This document shows positions 31,285-42,253 of a DNA stretch of 64,000 nucleotides, in pieces. Made by a program: the position numbers and the translations under genes. Every line of letters begins with the position of its first letter. Positions within the stretch are counted from its first letter, which is position 1. The DNA is from a virus. The stretch is taken from positions 32,001 through 96,000 of the IMG/VR virus record IMGVR_UViG_3300023276_000007; one strand, written 5' to 3'. The notes beneath the pieces were generated by a model. That model saw nothing but the letters and a program-made list of their open reading frames with translations. It had not been told where the DNA came from and ran no database searches.

Positions 31285-32180
31285 TGAGTAACGTACTTGA
31301 ATGGCTAAATGAGAACTCCTTAAGAGCTTACCCTTTTAAGGAAGATACCTCGCGCTCCGATGGTACGCATGTTATCCCTAACGACCTTATAGTTGATATG
31401 GCCTTCGTCGTACCCGTTGCTACCACAGACACGTTCTACCTTAAAACTTTAATGATATCAGGAACACAGATTACAGGTGTTCTTGCTAATCAAAACGAGA
31501 ATAACGTAGGAACGTTCTCAGTACCTGTAACTTCTCATAAAGAGAATGACGGCTACGAGATAGTAGGCGCTGGTACATACACGGATGCCAGAGGTAGAGT
31601 TGTTGTAGGAGACCTTACGGATCTTGCTATAAAACTTCCAGAAGGTGTTTATAACTATGAAGTAGAAGCTACAGCCTTTGAGCTTTCTGCTATCCGACCT
31701 GACCTTCGTAAGCTTAGGGGTATAAAGATAGAAAAGGCCGATGGGTCTGTATCCGACTTATTAACCGGTATAGTGACTCTGGTGTCAGGAACAAACGTAA
31801 CTTTAGAAAACCCTTCAGCAGGTCTTGTAAGAATCAATGCTATTGGTAACGAAGACTATATAGAAGACTGTGGAGATTGCCTTAACGGATTCTCTATACC
31901 TGACCCGATAAGAACTATTAACGGAGTGGGTGGAGACGAAACTGGCAATCTAAATTTAATCTCTACGGAGCAGTGTTTAGTAATAACCCCAGACGCATCA
32001 AACTTTGCAGTTAATCTTGCAGATACTTGTGCGCAGCCTTGTTGTGGCTGTACGGAGTTGGAATTCTTAACGACGTCATTGTCTACATTGAGAGATAGCC
32101 TCTCTAGACTTGATAACCTGTCCCAAGAGTTACAAGGTAGACAAACGGAGTTTTTCCAGAACGTACTAAGCTCACTATGA
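31284..32180 (+). CDS. Appendage paralog 1 (W-x3-N-x2-R-x-YPF family)
   Basis: EWLNENSLRAYPF; IRTINGVGGDETGNL; Cys cluster; C-terminal coiled coil. Confidence 0.55.
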   Translation: MSNVLEWLNENSLRAYPFKEDTSRSDGTHVIPNDLIVDMAFVVPVATTDTFYLKTLMISGTQITGVLANQNENNVGTFSVPVTSHKENDGYEIVGAGTYTDARGRVVVGDLTDLAIKLPEGVYNYEVEATAFELSAIRPDLRKLRGIKIEKADGSVSDLLTGIVTLVSGTNVTLENPSAGLVRINAIGNEDYIEDCGDCLNGFSIPDPIRTINGVGGDETGNLNLISTEQCLVITPDASNFAVNLADTCAQPCCGCTELEFLTTSLSTLRDSLSRLDNLSQELQGRQTEFFQNVLSSL

Positions 32181-33520
32181 TAAACGAAGAGTATTTAACA
32201 GGCAACGGGTTGATAGCCTACCCATTTAAAGAAACCTCCCGAGGTTTGACAGGAGATGAGAAATCGTCTACTGACTCTTGGGCTGCTGGTGAGATCCCTC
32301 GTGATGCCATCGTAGACTTCTTTATGTTTGTTAACAGCGATCCAGAATACCTAAGTCTCACGTACATAGCAAGATCTGGTACAGAGATGACGCTAAGATT
32401 CACGGACACCAGCTCTGTCGATGTATTCGAGGCTTCCTTTGATCTCTCGTCATTAGTGGAGTACCAAGCCTTAGTTCTTTTCCAAGACTTGATTGACCCA
32501 GATTTGCTGGATATTACAGGGGCTATGACAGTAGGTCCGGGATTACTAACGTTCCCAGACCTTATGACTATCTCATTCGATGTTGGTGACGTTATTCTTT
32601 TAGAATCAACTACACCTATTAAGACCAACCCGATAACCCAACTTAACGTAGATGCTATAACCGACGTCAATGATGACGGTATTATCACTATAAAGGAAGG
32701 TTACAATATTGAGATCAATGCTGCAACTGGTGATGATGAAGATACTACAGAGCTGACAATAATTGCAGGCCCCGGTCTGGGAGAAGGTAAGGTGCCTCCG
32801 GAAGCTCAAGTCTCTCCTACGTACCTGACTTCCTTAAACGATGTAGTCAAAGCAAACGCTGATGGCGCGGTCAATATAGCACAGGCTGATGACTGCCATA
32901 GGTTTATAGCTATGCCCAACTCTAATTCTATTGCTATACATAATGATTGCGACCCGTGCTGCGATTGTGCAGACTATGCCGGGCCAGTAACTGTCATGGA
33001 CGGCCAGTGGGAAGAACTGGAGGCACTTAGGATTAGACTCTACGCTGCTATCGATTTATATAATACCCACGTACTGCTATGGAATGATGAGCTACTACCT
33101 AACATAAGGAAAGTCTACGTTAGTGGTGTGGCTGTTAAGAGTTTCATTGCTGACCGCAATAAGCACACAATCAGTGTGAGCGTAATCAATCAAGGCCCGA
33201 GTGTTGCTGGTAGGTTCATAATAACGCTACCCGATAATACAGAAGAGGTTCTTAAAGCCGTACTTGAGAGTGAAAAAGAGTCTCCAAGGAAGTGCGCAGA
33301 CAGAGAAGAAGATGCGCCAGACCCTATAATTACAGGGCCGCACATTAATGAAGCAGAGGTTAGGGCTTTCTTTAAACCACTGTGTTACTGTACGACAGCA
33401 CAGGTTCTTATCGTTCTTAGGATGCCTGTAGAAACCGACCCATCTGAGAACGTCACGATTAGCTTTGTTGCTGATGAGGGTGACGAAGTATTAGCTACGA
33501 AGGTGCTACAATGGAAATGA
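32177..33520 (+). CDS. Appendage paralog 2
   Basis: EYLTGNGLIAYPF; NDCDPCCDCAD. Confidence 0.55.
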   Translation: MINEEYLTGNGLIAYPFKETSRGLTGDEKSSTDSWAAGEIPRDAIVDFFMFVNSDPEYLSLTYIARSGTEMTLRFTDTSSVDVFEASFDLSSLVEYQALVLFQDLIDPDLLDITGAMTVGPGLLTFPDLMTISFDVGDVILLESTTPIKTNPITQLNVDAITDVNDDGIITIKEGYNIEINAATGDDEDTTELTIIAGPGLGEGKVPPEAQVSPTYLTSLNDVVKANADGAVNIAQADDCHRFIAMPNSNSIAIHNDCDPCCDCADYAGPVTVMDGQWEELEALRIRLYAAIDLYNTHVLLWNDELLPNIRKVYVSGVAVKSFIADRNKHTISVSVINQGPSVAGRFIITLPDNTEEVLKAVLESEKESPRKCADREEDAPDPIITGPHINEAEVRAFFKPLCYCTTAQVLIVLRMPVETDPSENVTISFVADEGDEVLATKVLQWK

Positions 33521-34188
33521 ACACAGAATGGTATAATACTAATGAACACAGGAAGTACCCTGTCGCTAGTCACGTTTCTACAAAGGACAATGATGGAGAC
33601 ATACTCCCAACATCTCTTATTGCAGACTTGGCTGTGGTTTACAATGACACCGTACCAGCAGGAGACGGCCCGTACTTATCCAGTTTAGTTATTGGGCCAG
33701 CACTAGTTACTGTGTCTATATCTTTAGATGGAGCGGTGCTAGTGTCTGAGAGTTTCACTAAGCCAGTCGCTATAAGAAAAGGCCTTCCTCTTAAGGCTAA
33801 CTCTATAAGTGCCTCTGGTTACATAGTTTTCGGTATCGATATAAATGACACCACAGGTAGCTTCAGGTTTAGTAGTGCAGCACAGTCTGGACTAGATCCT
33901 AAAGCCGCTAGAAAGTTTTCTGCGTTACCCATCACTTCCCTATCTGTAGCGGGGGATTCAGAAGAACCTCTTACCGATATTATATCGCTAATACCTAAGG
34001 GTCCGATAGACATAACGCATGAAGGTAATAATGTAGTTAGTATATCTTTAAAGCCTGCAGCTAGGCGAGAGTTCTTAGGTCCATGTGATAATGCCATAAG
34101 CCCGGACGGCTGTGGTCCTGCACCTTTGAGAAGAATTAACGGAGTCGGTCCAGACAGTAATGGTAATATTTTTATCGAGGTGGAGTAA
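33511..34188 (+). CDS. Appendage paralog 3
   Basis: EWYNTNEHRKYP; LRRINGVGPDSNGNI. Confidence 0.55.
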   Translation: MEMNTEWYNTNEHRKYPVASHVSTKDNDGDILPTSLIADLAVVYNDTVPAGDGPYLSSLVIGPALVTVSISLDGAVLVSESFTKPVAIRKGLPLKANSISASGYIVFGIDINDTTGSFRFSSAAQSGLDPKAARKFSALPITSLSVAGDSEEPLTDIISLIPKGPIDITHEGNNVVSISLKPAARREFLGPCDNAISPDGCGPAPLRRINGVGPDSNGNIFIEVE

Positions 34189-35168
34189 TGCCAGCAGAAT
34201 CAATGTACCAAGAGTGGCAGTCTTCCAACAAAGATAGAGCACACCCATTCTCCGAGAGTGTTACTACAATCTCTACAAATGGGATAGAGTTCCCTAATAG
34301 AGTATTTACGGATGGTTTCTTCTACCCAATAAACCTTGTAGGCAGCCTATACATCTCAGAGGTCAACTATACGGCCAACACTATAACGGTGGCAGACAGC
34401 GAGGACGGTTCTGTTAAAGGTATATCCTCTTCCATCTTCGGCTCCGGTAAGCATGAGTTCTATGACGAGATAGGCAGATACATAGGTTGCCTTATTGAAG
34501 GACCTGCCGCAGCAAACCTAGACGCCGATTATGCCTTTACTGCCGATACTGGATTGCTTGCAGTGGCAGTAGTTTATGCCCAAAATCAACAAGGTGTACG
34601 AGGATTAAAGCTTGAAGACGGCACAGTTCTTACTGGAGAGGTTACCCTTGTAGGTACTGATGGTGTTGTCTTGACTACCAATAACGATGGTACGATAAAA
34701 GTGGATATCGTAGGAACACCTGGTGATCCTAACCTTTTATCCCCTATAATAAAAAACATTGTTGTATATGGCAACTGCGTACTACTTGCAACGCAGAACG
34801 ATAACGTTGCCGACATAATATCTATATATGACCGACCACAGGACATCTGTACAGCTAAGGCAAACATAATTACTCCAGATGGCCTATTTCCTATAGAAGA
34901 CAGCGATCCTTGTGTAGAGCCGCCAGAGCCTCCAGTATGGGAGCCATGCCCTCCTGCATTAGATCCTGGGTCACCTATACCGCCATGCGACCATGGAGGT
35001 TATTTCTTTTTCAATGCACTATCGCCTGTTATAGATATAAAGGCGTTAGAATACCCAGGTCCAGTAGTTTCTATAACTGGTGTCGCCTCTTCAGAAAACT
35101 TTGAAGAATTAGCTAACCTACTGCCGCCTAGAAGCTTAGGTGCACTTAGATTCAGTATGAAAGGGTGA
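34188..35168 (+). CDS. Appendage paralog 4
   Basis: EWQSSNKDRAHPF; Pro/Cys-rich tail. Confidence 0.55.
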   Translation: MPAESMYQEWQSSNKDRAHPFSESVTTISTNGIEFPNRVFTDGFFYPINLVGSLYISEVNYTANTITVADSEDGSVKGISSSIFGSGKHEFYDEIGRYIGCLIEGPAAANLDADYAFTADTGLLAVAVVYAQNQQGVRGLKLEDGTVLTGEVTLVGTDGVVLTTNNDGTIKVDIVGTPGDPNLLSPIIKNIVVYGNCVLLATQNDNVADIISIYDRPQDICTAKANIITPDGLFPIEDSDPCVEPPEPPVWEPCPPALDPGSPIPPCDHGGYFFFNALSPVIDIKALEYPGPVVSITGVASSENFEELANLLPPRSLGALRFSMKG

Positions 35169-35172
35169 TGAT

Positions 35173-36063
35173 ATGATACTTAACTGGGAAAACCTTAATA
35201 GATTTAGAAGCTACCCGTTTAAAGAGGATGCTTCTCGTAAAGACACGACAGACGCCCTAACATTGCCTAACGACTTTTTAGTTGCGTTCACTGCATCCTT
35301 CTATGGGAGTGCGGGTGCTACTATTATTCTTAGGACGCTAGACGTTGCTGTTGGTGGCGCAAGTTTGACTGCAACGTTCTTAGTTAACGGGGTGACTCCT
35401 GCTGCAGTAACTATACCTTCTGGCGCTGCATACCCATTCAACACAGAATATGTGGTTCAGTCGGGAAGCTTCTCTACTATAAGAGTAACCCCTATCTTCG
35501 GGCCGGGTGTTGATATCATTTTAGCCAACGCCACATACCATGGGAACATATACACGTTTAACGCCGAGATAGAGCCATCTCTGGTAGCTAGCCCATACAA
35601 CCATGCGCTAACTAAGCTGATAGCTAAAAACATAGATATAAATGATAATGAGATAATACTGCCGGATGTAGGAGAGGGAGCCATAACTTTCATAAATGGT
35701 TACAACTCAAAGATTAGCTCCGACGGTACAGACTCTCTGACGTTCAACGCCGCTAAAGGTGCTGGAGCCGGAGAACCTTGTGATCCTATATATGACCTAG
35801 TAGACTGTAGTTGTGGTATATACTTTATAAATGGAAAGCACCCGGACTGGCTAGGTAACTTCTTATTTGAAGCGGGTAAATATATGACTGTAATAAACGA
35901 CCCAAGTAACTTTAAAGTTAAAATTAAAACATCGATCCGTAATGGTACGCCTAAGTGTCAAGATCCTAATGATGACCCAGGAAGGCTGCCTCCAGAAGAA
36001 CCGCCGTGCGAACCAGAACCACTACCGGCAGAACTTCCTGTAGAACTTTGCGACAATGAATAG
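35173..36063 (+). CDS. Appendage paralog 5
   Basis: NWENLNRFRSYPF; IYFINGKHPDWLGNF. Confidence 0.55.
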   Translation: MILNWENLNRFRSYPFKEDASRKDTTDALTLPNDFLVAFTASFYGSAGATIILRTLDVAVGGASLTATFLVNGVTPAAVTIPSGAAYPFNTEYVVQSGSFSTIRVTPIFGPGVDIILANATYHGNIYTFNAEIEPSLVASPYNHALTKLIAKNIDINDNEIILPDVGEGAITFINGYNSKISSDGTDSLTFNAAKGAGAGEPCDPIYDLVDCSCGIYFINGKHPDWLGNFLFEAGKYMTVINDPSNFKVKIKTSIRNGTPKCQDPNDDPGRLPPEEPPCEPEPLPAELPVELCDNE

Positions 36064-36073
36064 GAGCTGAACA

Positions 36074-38467
36074 ATGGCACAAGGACTTATAACATATAAT
36101 ACAAAGGTCGACAATGACGGAGCTACCGACGAAGGGTTGGTACTACCTCAAGACCTTAATGATATTAAAAACATAGTTAATCAAAACTCGGCAGATGCTG
36201 AGTCTAGGTTACAGACCATAGAGTTGGGTACTGTCCAAGGTCCTGGGTCTGCTACGGTAAGTGCTATTGCACTATATGATAACGTGTCTGGAAAGATTCT
36301 TAAGAACAGCGTTGTCCTAGTCGATGCCTCTGGTAACATCACTGGTATAAATGAGTTAACTCTTAATGGTTTTCTTGCTATGCAAGAAGGTGCCTCCCCA
36401 TCTACACCAGCGTCAGGCTACGGGGTTCTTTACACAAAGTCCTCTGACTCAGGACTTTATTATAAAAATGACGGCGGCACAGAATTTAATGTCCTCGACA
36501 CAGGCCCAATCGGAAATGTTGTCGGCCCAGGGTCTTCTACAGATACCGCCTTAGCAAGATTCGATTTAGCTACCGGAGAATTACTACAAGACAGTGTGGC
36601 GCTACTAAGTGATACTGGAAGACTTACAGGCATAAGCTCTCTAAGCATGTCTGCAGATTTATGTATGGATGCGATGAATCCACCAGCCACACCACCAGCA
36701 GGTATAGGTTGCCTGTTCGTTAATCTTGCAGATGATAAACTTTACTACGGAAATAACTCTAGCGTTTTTGACCTAACAGAGGTAGGTGGAGACGCCTCCG
36801 GACCAGCATCTTCTACGGATAATGCGTTGGCAAGATTCGATTTAGCTACCGGCAAACTGTTACAAGACAGTGCGGCTATACTGGACGACGCTGGAAACCT
36901 AAGTGGCATCAACGACTTAACTATCTTAAATAACTTTCTAATAGCAGAAGGGGCTGCAGCGCCAACACCTGCCTCTGGGTTCATAGCACTGTACGCTAAG
37001 TCCGGTGATTCTAAACTTTATTACAAAAATGATGCAGGAACAGAATTTGGGCTAGGCGGAGACGTTTCAGGCCCAGGTAGTTCCACAGTCAACGCGCTAA
37101 CAAGATTCTCCACCACTTCAGGTAAGGACATCAAAAGCGGCTCGGCAACTTTAACAGACGCAGGCGTCTTGGCAGGTATCATAGGAATAGGGCCTGGTGC
37201 AGGCAATGACTTAGACGTAACGCTAGGTGATGACGCTGGTGTTAATAAGCTATCTATTAAGAATGCTTCTAACGCTGAGGTGGCTAGTTTAAATTCTCTA
37301 GGAGCCCTCAGCTTGTCTGTCGGGTTGCTGGCAGACTCTGTATCGATGCCAAAGATAGCTTCACCAACTTACGGCACATTAGAGGATGCAAGTAACCTAC
37401 TTTCTGGTGTCGGTCTAATAGCCGGTGCTGATTCAATAACAGATGCAGGCGCTGGTGCCGTAGACGTGGCTCAACTTGAGTTCCGTATTCGAGCGGCAGA
37501 TACCGACGTAGGACAAGTACTCTACGGAACAACAGCAGCTGTTGCAGCCTTGGCGTTGACAGACAACTCCTTAAACTATTTATATGTAGAATATAACGCA
37601 GGCACGCCTCAGGTAGTTGCGACCATTACTAAAAGATCTGACTATAATACCAACGTATACTTAGGTACGGTATATCGGATAGGTGCGGTGGTACATATTA
37701 CTAATGGTTTAGCAGTAACTCTAGGGAACCATGCAAGCGTCCTTTTGCGACGTGTTCAAGAAACCGCCTCAGTTGCGAGAGTTACTGGTATAATTATCTC
37801 TGAAACCGGAACAAGAAACTATGCGTTAACTGCAGGTGTAGTATGGCAAGGTCTTGATCGAATACTAGTAAATGCCGTCGATACTTCCGGAGGAGATACC
37901 TTTGCAGCATTCTATCAAGACGGTGTAGGTGGCTGGACAGAGATTCTGACACAGACTCAGATTAATAACACCCAGTTCGATGACGGCACAGGCGTGTTAC
38001 AATCTTTAACAAATAAGCGTTACGGGGTTCACTGGGAATTTAAAGGGTTAGATGGCCACAACTATGTAGTCTTCGGGCGGGGTGACTACAAGTTAAATGA
38101 AGCCCAAGCTGCGACTGTTCCGTCAAACTTACCGCCGCACTTTGAGGACCACGCTTTCGTTGTTGGTAAGATTATTATCAAAAAAGATGACGCAGCGTTC
38201 ACAGAGGTAGCTACTCCGTTTGTAGATCAGTTTACAGCAAGCGCTCCTGCGAACCACAGTGAACTTGGGGGGTTAGGGGATGACGACCATACTCAGTACG
38301 TATTAACAGACGGAACTAGAGATACTGCGAAGATGTCACTAACTGACGGTATAACCGCTCCAGGGGTCGTTGTTGGTCTAGCGCAGATATACGTCGACAC
38401 CGCCGACGGCGACCTTAAAGTAATATTCGGTGATGGTACCGTTAAAACGATAGTAACAGATTCTTAA
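36074..38467 (+). CDS. Tail fibre protein with internal repeats
   Basis: GPxS(S/A)TxxA(L/I)x(R/L)(F/Y) repeat x4; TPxxG...LYY repeat x3; DDDHTQYV. Confidence 0.7.
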   Translation: MAQGLITYNTKVDNDGATDEGLVLPQDLNDIKNIVNQNSADAESRLQTIELGTVQGPGSATVSAIALYDNVSGKILKNSVVLVDASGNITGINELTLNGFLAMQEGASPSTPASGYGVLYTKSSDSGLYYKNDGGTEFNVLDTGPIGNVVGPGSSTDTALARFDLATGELLQDSVALLSDTGRLTGISSLSMSADLCMDAMNPPATPPAGIGCLFVNLADDKLYYGNNSSVFDLTEVGGDASGPASSTDNALARFDLATGKLLQDSAAILDDAGNLSGINDLTILNNFLIAEGAAAPTPASGFIALYAKSGDSKLYYKNDAGTEFGLGGDVSGPGSSTVNALTRFSTTSGKDIKSGSATLTDAGVLAGIIGIGPGAGNDLDVTLGDDAGVNKLSIKNASNAEVASLNSLGALSLSVGLLADSVSMPKIASPTYGTLEDASNLLSGVGLIAGADSITDAGAGAVDVAQLEFRIRAADTDVGQVLYGTTAAVAALALTDNSLNYLYVEYNAGTPQVVATITKRSDYNTNVYLGTVYRIGAVVHITNGLAVTLGNHASVLLRRVQETASVARVTGIIISETGTRNYALTAGVVWQGLDRILVNAVDTSGGDTFAAFYQDGVGGWTEILTQTQINNTQFDDGTGVLQSLTNKRYGVHWEFKGLDGHNYVVFGRGDYKLNEAQAATVPSNLPPHFEDHAFVVGKIIIKKDDAAFTEVATPFVDQFTASAPANHSELGGLGDDDHTQYVLTDGTRDTAKMSLTDGITAPGVVVGLAQIYVDTADGDLKVIFGDGTVKTIVTDS

Positions 38468-38477
38468 GGAGCCAACG

Positions 38478-39017
38478 ATGGGAAAACCGATGTATCAGCT
38501 TGATGAAGACATTAGAAGGGTAGACCACAATAAGTGGCCAAAGCGCTTGGTGTGCGGAAATTACCTATCTTTAAAAAAGATGACCTTCCAAACTAGAGTA
38601 GTTGGATATAGGGCGGAGATTATTAGAGAGTCTGATGGTCAATGCCTAGCTAAACTATATAAGAATGGAAAGATTACAGTTTTCCCTGGATACTACTGGG
38701 ACGGGCCTAGTGGGCCTACTGTGGACACCGTGGCTTTTGTTATTGCTTCACTACCTCACGACATATTTTATCAAATGCTGCGAGAAGACTTACTTATAGA
38801 CGTAAGTAACTATGTAGCATTCCCAGAACCTTATTATGAAGAGTTTGAAAAAGTTAGAAGGTGGGCAGATGATACTATGCGTGAAGTTAACATAAAGAAT
38901 GGTATGACTAAGTTTAGGGCGTATTATACATATAAATTTGTACGCTGGTATGGCGAAGAAAGTGCCTTATCACGGTATGTTAAAGACTACAATGAATATT
39001 GGATGAATCACGGTTAA
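38478..39017 (+). CDS. DUF1353-like protein
   Basis: VFPGYYWDGPSGP...ASLPHDIFYQ...ADD..R...Y.FVR..G. Confidence 0.65.
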   Translation: MGKPMYQLDEDIRRVDHNKWPKRLVCGNYLSLKKMTFQTRVVGYRAEIIRESDGQCLAKLYKNGKITVFPGYYWDGPSGPTVDTVAFVIASLPHDIFYQMLREDLLIDVSNYVAFPEPYYEEFEKVRRWADDTMREVNIKNGMTKFRAYYTYKFVRWYGEESALSRYVKDYNEYWMNHG

Positions 39018-39027
39018 CGGATAAATT

Positions 39028-41190
39028 ATGGCACGACAACCTTTTGAGTATGGCCCCGATTGTGATGGCCCTGATGTAGATATTAACATAATACCTACAT
39101 CTTTCCCATTGTGTGATGAAGTCGTCTTTGAAGATCCTGACTTACTACCCACCTGCACCGACTTTGAGACTGTAGATTTTATAGTTCCCCCAGTCTGCCC
39201 ATGTTTCCCTGAACGTATGGGTCTTACTGATAACTCGAATGCAAGTATTGCTTGTGGCGGGCCTCTACCTTCAATAACCTTTGATGCAGCTATCGTTAAC
39301 GTAGCACCGGACGACTGCTGTGCTCCAGAGTTTAAGCTTGATATACAGTTAGATATACAAGTACCTTGTGTAGGTGCTGTCGGAGGCTGTGCCGCTATAG
39401 TTGGTCAAGTTGACATCAAAATTGATGAAGGTCCGCTTGGATGGTTCTTTGATTGGGAAAAATGTATCGATGACCAAGGTAACATTATAAACGACCCCTG
39501 CTGTATTCGGCTAGTGGGTGAGATGTTTATACCTTGTATAGACGGTATAACATTTAAAGTTGAACATAATATCCAAGAGACCGGTGCAGTAGATATCCCT
39601 ACCATCGAGGAGTTTACTATAGAAGCGTCTGATGACGTTCCATGTGAATACGATGTAGTATTCGACATGCTAGTTCCTTTACCAGAGGACCCTACAATAC
39701 CTATAAGCCCTACAGACCCAAATATACCACCCGGCCAGAACTGCTGTAATGGTGTAGGTTATTGTCCCGACGAAGGTACGTTTAGCGACCTAGGAAAAAT
39801 GAAAACAGAGACTATTTCGGTCGTCACCAATATTACCTGTGATCTGGAAGGTAATTTAACTGTGGAGAGGACAGAACTTGAGTATGTTTGCGGGCTCCTT
39901 AAAGATTTCAGGATAGCTGGGAACGACGCGATTCCCTGCGCTGGGGCTCAGTCGTACAATGAGGATTGCTGTCCAAGCACTACGACGACAGATCCGGACT
40001 ACCCACCACCAACTACAGAGCCAGGTGAGGGCCCCTATGGCCCGTATATCCCGCCAGAAACCTGTCAGTGTCGGTGTGACAAATATTACGTGTGTGACAA
40101 AGAGACAGGGAAGACAATCCCAGACCTCTATGTTGAGGTTTACGACCTGTCCGGCGATGGTAGCTGTGCTTACCGTATTGTAGATGGTGACAGTGTAGAC
40201 GAGAATAACAACGCGGTAATTATGCACGAAGGCCTAGGATGTCCAGACCCTGACGAAAATATATCTAACGGTTCTACTACGTGGGTTCTAGCGTGTGAAC
40301 CCTGTAGTGATTGGCCGGATAACAGTACCACGACAACTACTACTACCACGACAACTACTACTACACCGCCTATCATCATCGATGAGAAGTACTATTGCGT
40401 ACAGATCGGTACCGGTGCTCCGAAGCAATGCGTTATCGGTGCAGCACTAGTTCCAGGATCACCAATCTCAGCAGGACCTTTCGATAGTGCGTCTGAATGT
40501 GCAGCAAACTGTAATACAAACAGCTACGAGTATGAAGAGTGCCCTGCCTCGACAACAACCACAACCACGACGACGACAACCACAACCACGACAACCACGA
40601 CAACCGCGACAACCGCACCTCCTATGGCGGCGGCTTGTGGTACTGACAATGGTCACCCAACTATGCTAGTCACTATGACTTGGACAGGTGGCCCAGCTAC
40701 TCGTGATTACATGGGATGTAATGACTGGGAGTCAGGCCAGCAGCGCGTCTTAAATGCCGATACCTATGACCGGTACCAGAACACCATGGGTGGTTGCCTA
40801 GGTGAAGAAGGTGAATATTGGAGAAAGGGTGCAGACAGTGACGCATTTAACATGTCAGGTTTCGTAGATTTCTTCGGAGGATTTTTCTGGCAACTTAAGA
40901 ATGAATATAACGGCGTTGGAGAATTGAACCATGGTACAGCAGCTATTGATGGTTACGTTTATGATAGCCTCTCTGCGTTCTCACCAGGGCCAGGCGCGTT
41001 TTACCCTTTCGGTAACTCATTCCTAGACGGCCCTTTTGGTGGAAATACCGCCTTCCCTCCGCCGTCCACAGGCATGAGCGGGTGTTTAACCGGGGCATAC
41101 CTCGGAGATCTTAAATCTGCACAGCTCAGCGGTAGCGTGACGTTCGCTAACGGTGTTACGGTGACGTGGGAACAAGGAACAGGATGGTAA
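39028..41190 (+). CDS. Cys-rich virion protein with poly-Thr tracts and variable C-terminal domain
   Basis: Dense Cys; T13 and T18 tracts; C-terminal HPTMLVTMTWTGG...SGSVTFANGVTVTW. Confidence 0.6.
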   Translation: MARQPFEYGPDCDGPDVDINIIPTSFPLCDEVVFEDPDLLPTCTDFETVDFIVPPVCPCFPERMGLTDNSNASIACGGPLPSITFDAAIVNVAPDDCCAPEFKLDIQLDIQVPCVGAVGGCAAIVGQVDIKIDEGPLGWFFDWEKCIDDQGNIINDPCCIRLVGEMFIPCIDGITFKVEHNIQETGAVDIPTIEEFTIEASDDVPCEYDVVFDMLVPLPEDPTIPISPTDPNIPPGQNCCNGVGYCPDEGTFSDLGKMKTETISVVTNITCDLEGNLTVERTELEYVCGLLKDFRIAGNDAIPCAGAQSYNEDCCPSTTTTDPDYPPPTTEPGEGPYGPYIPPETCQCRCDKYYVCDKETGKTIPDLYVEVYDLSGDGSCAYRIVDGDSVDENNNAVIMHEGLGCPDPDENISNGSTTWVLACEPCSDWPDNSTTTTTTTTTTTTTPPIIIDEKYYCVQIGTGAPKQCVIGAALVPGSPISAGPFDSASECAANCNTNSYEYEECPASTTTTTTTTTTTTTTTTTTATTAPPMAAACGTDNGHPTMLVTMTWTGGPATRDYMGCNDWESGQQRVLNADTYDRYQNTMGGCLGEEGEYWRKGADSDAFNMSGFVDFFGGFFWQLKNEYNGVGELNHGTAAIDGYVYDSLSAFSPGPGAFYPFGNSFLDGPFGGNTAFPPPSTGMSGCLTGAYLGDLKSAQLSGSVTFANGVTVTWEQGTGW

Positions 41191-41194
41191 ACTT

Positions 41195-42211
41195 ATGAGT
41201 AGCTTATTTTTTAAAGACGACCACGGTCAATTTATCAAACACGGCAACAAATGCTACACGAAGGTAGGTGCCTCTCAGGTTATGCCCGACGTTACAACAG
41301 CCCCGGATGGTGGGTCTTCTTTTGTTGATTGCGATGATTGCAACTCTGGTACTACGACCACTACTACGACCACTACTACGACAGCCTTATCCGGGTTATC
41401 ATTTGGGCAAACCAACACTCCTGCAGAAGGCGACCCAGAAAGTACAGTAGTTGGCGACTTAACACCTACCGGCGGTACAGGCCCGTTCACGTATGCAATG
41501 AAAGCAGGGGCAGGTGATGGTGACAACGGTAGTTATAAGATTGTAGGATCACAGTTACAGTTAAGCGCGGCACCTAGTATCTCGGAACCGACCGACAGTA
41601 TACGAGTAGAAGTTACCGATAGCCTAATGGCCACCTTTGACGACACCTTCTCAGTTGATGTATACCCAACAACAGGATCTATGACCGTTGAACTAGCAGA
41701 AGGTTCACCGCTATACGACGACGCCTCTCCTGGTGAGGACGTAGGTGAAGTATCTGCAGGAACTAACTTAGGCGACATAAACGCTGCCAATGGTAATCCA
41801 TCCACACGACTAGTTTACGTATCAGGACCGGAAGTCTCCTTCTTAGGTAAGGACTGGAGTCCTAACGATTACGGCGAGCTCTATACAGACGCAGTTCCGT
41901 ATTCAGTGCCAGACCAGCACGAGTGGGGTAGTGATACACCTGCCAACCCTGGTTTGTATATGCACGACTATCACGAAATGCCTTATGTAGGTGATTATGT
42001 GTCTCGGGTATCTTTCCGTATAGATGCAAGTAACCAATTAGACATTACTAACCAGACAACAGGTGGTACTATTGATAATAGCGTCGGCGTGACCTCTGGT
42101 AACGATCCAAACTTATTAGTACCAGATGGAACCATCGACACAGCCGCTTTTCAGGAAGTGACTTTTGCTAACGGACAAACCTGGAAGTGGCAACAGGAAT
42201 CTGGATGGTAA
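41195..42211 (+). CDS. Poly-Thr + cadherin-like domain virion protein
   Basis: T11; cadherin-like VVGDL..FTY..GAGDGDN..IRVEVTD; half-domain; C-terminal VTFANGQTWKW. Confidence 0.65.
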   Translation: MSSLFFKDDHGQFIKHGNKCYTKVGASQVMPDVTTAPDGGSSFVDCDDCNSGTTTTTTTTTTTALSGLSFGQTNTPAEGDPESTVVGDLTPTGGTGPFTYAMKAGAGDGDNGSYKIVGSQLQLSAAPSISEPTDSIRVEVTDSLMATFDDTFSVDVYPTTGSMTVELAEGSPLYDDASPGEDVGEVSAGTNLGDINAANGNPSTRLVYVSGPEVSFLGKDWSPNDYGELYTDAVPYSVPDQHEWGSDTPANPGLYMHDYHEMPYVGDYVSRVSFRIDASNQLDITNQTTGGTIDNSVGVTSGNDPNLLVPDGTIDTAAFQEVTFANGQTWKWQQESGW

Positions 42212-42253
42212 GTATGTATAACTTAAAAACAATAAAACTATAGAGGAATTAAC

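Noticed and set aside
40552-40615. CRISPR array or simple microsatellite
   Set aside because: In-frame mixed Thr codons with no repeat-spacer structure
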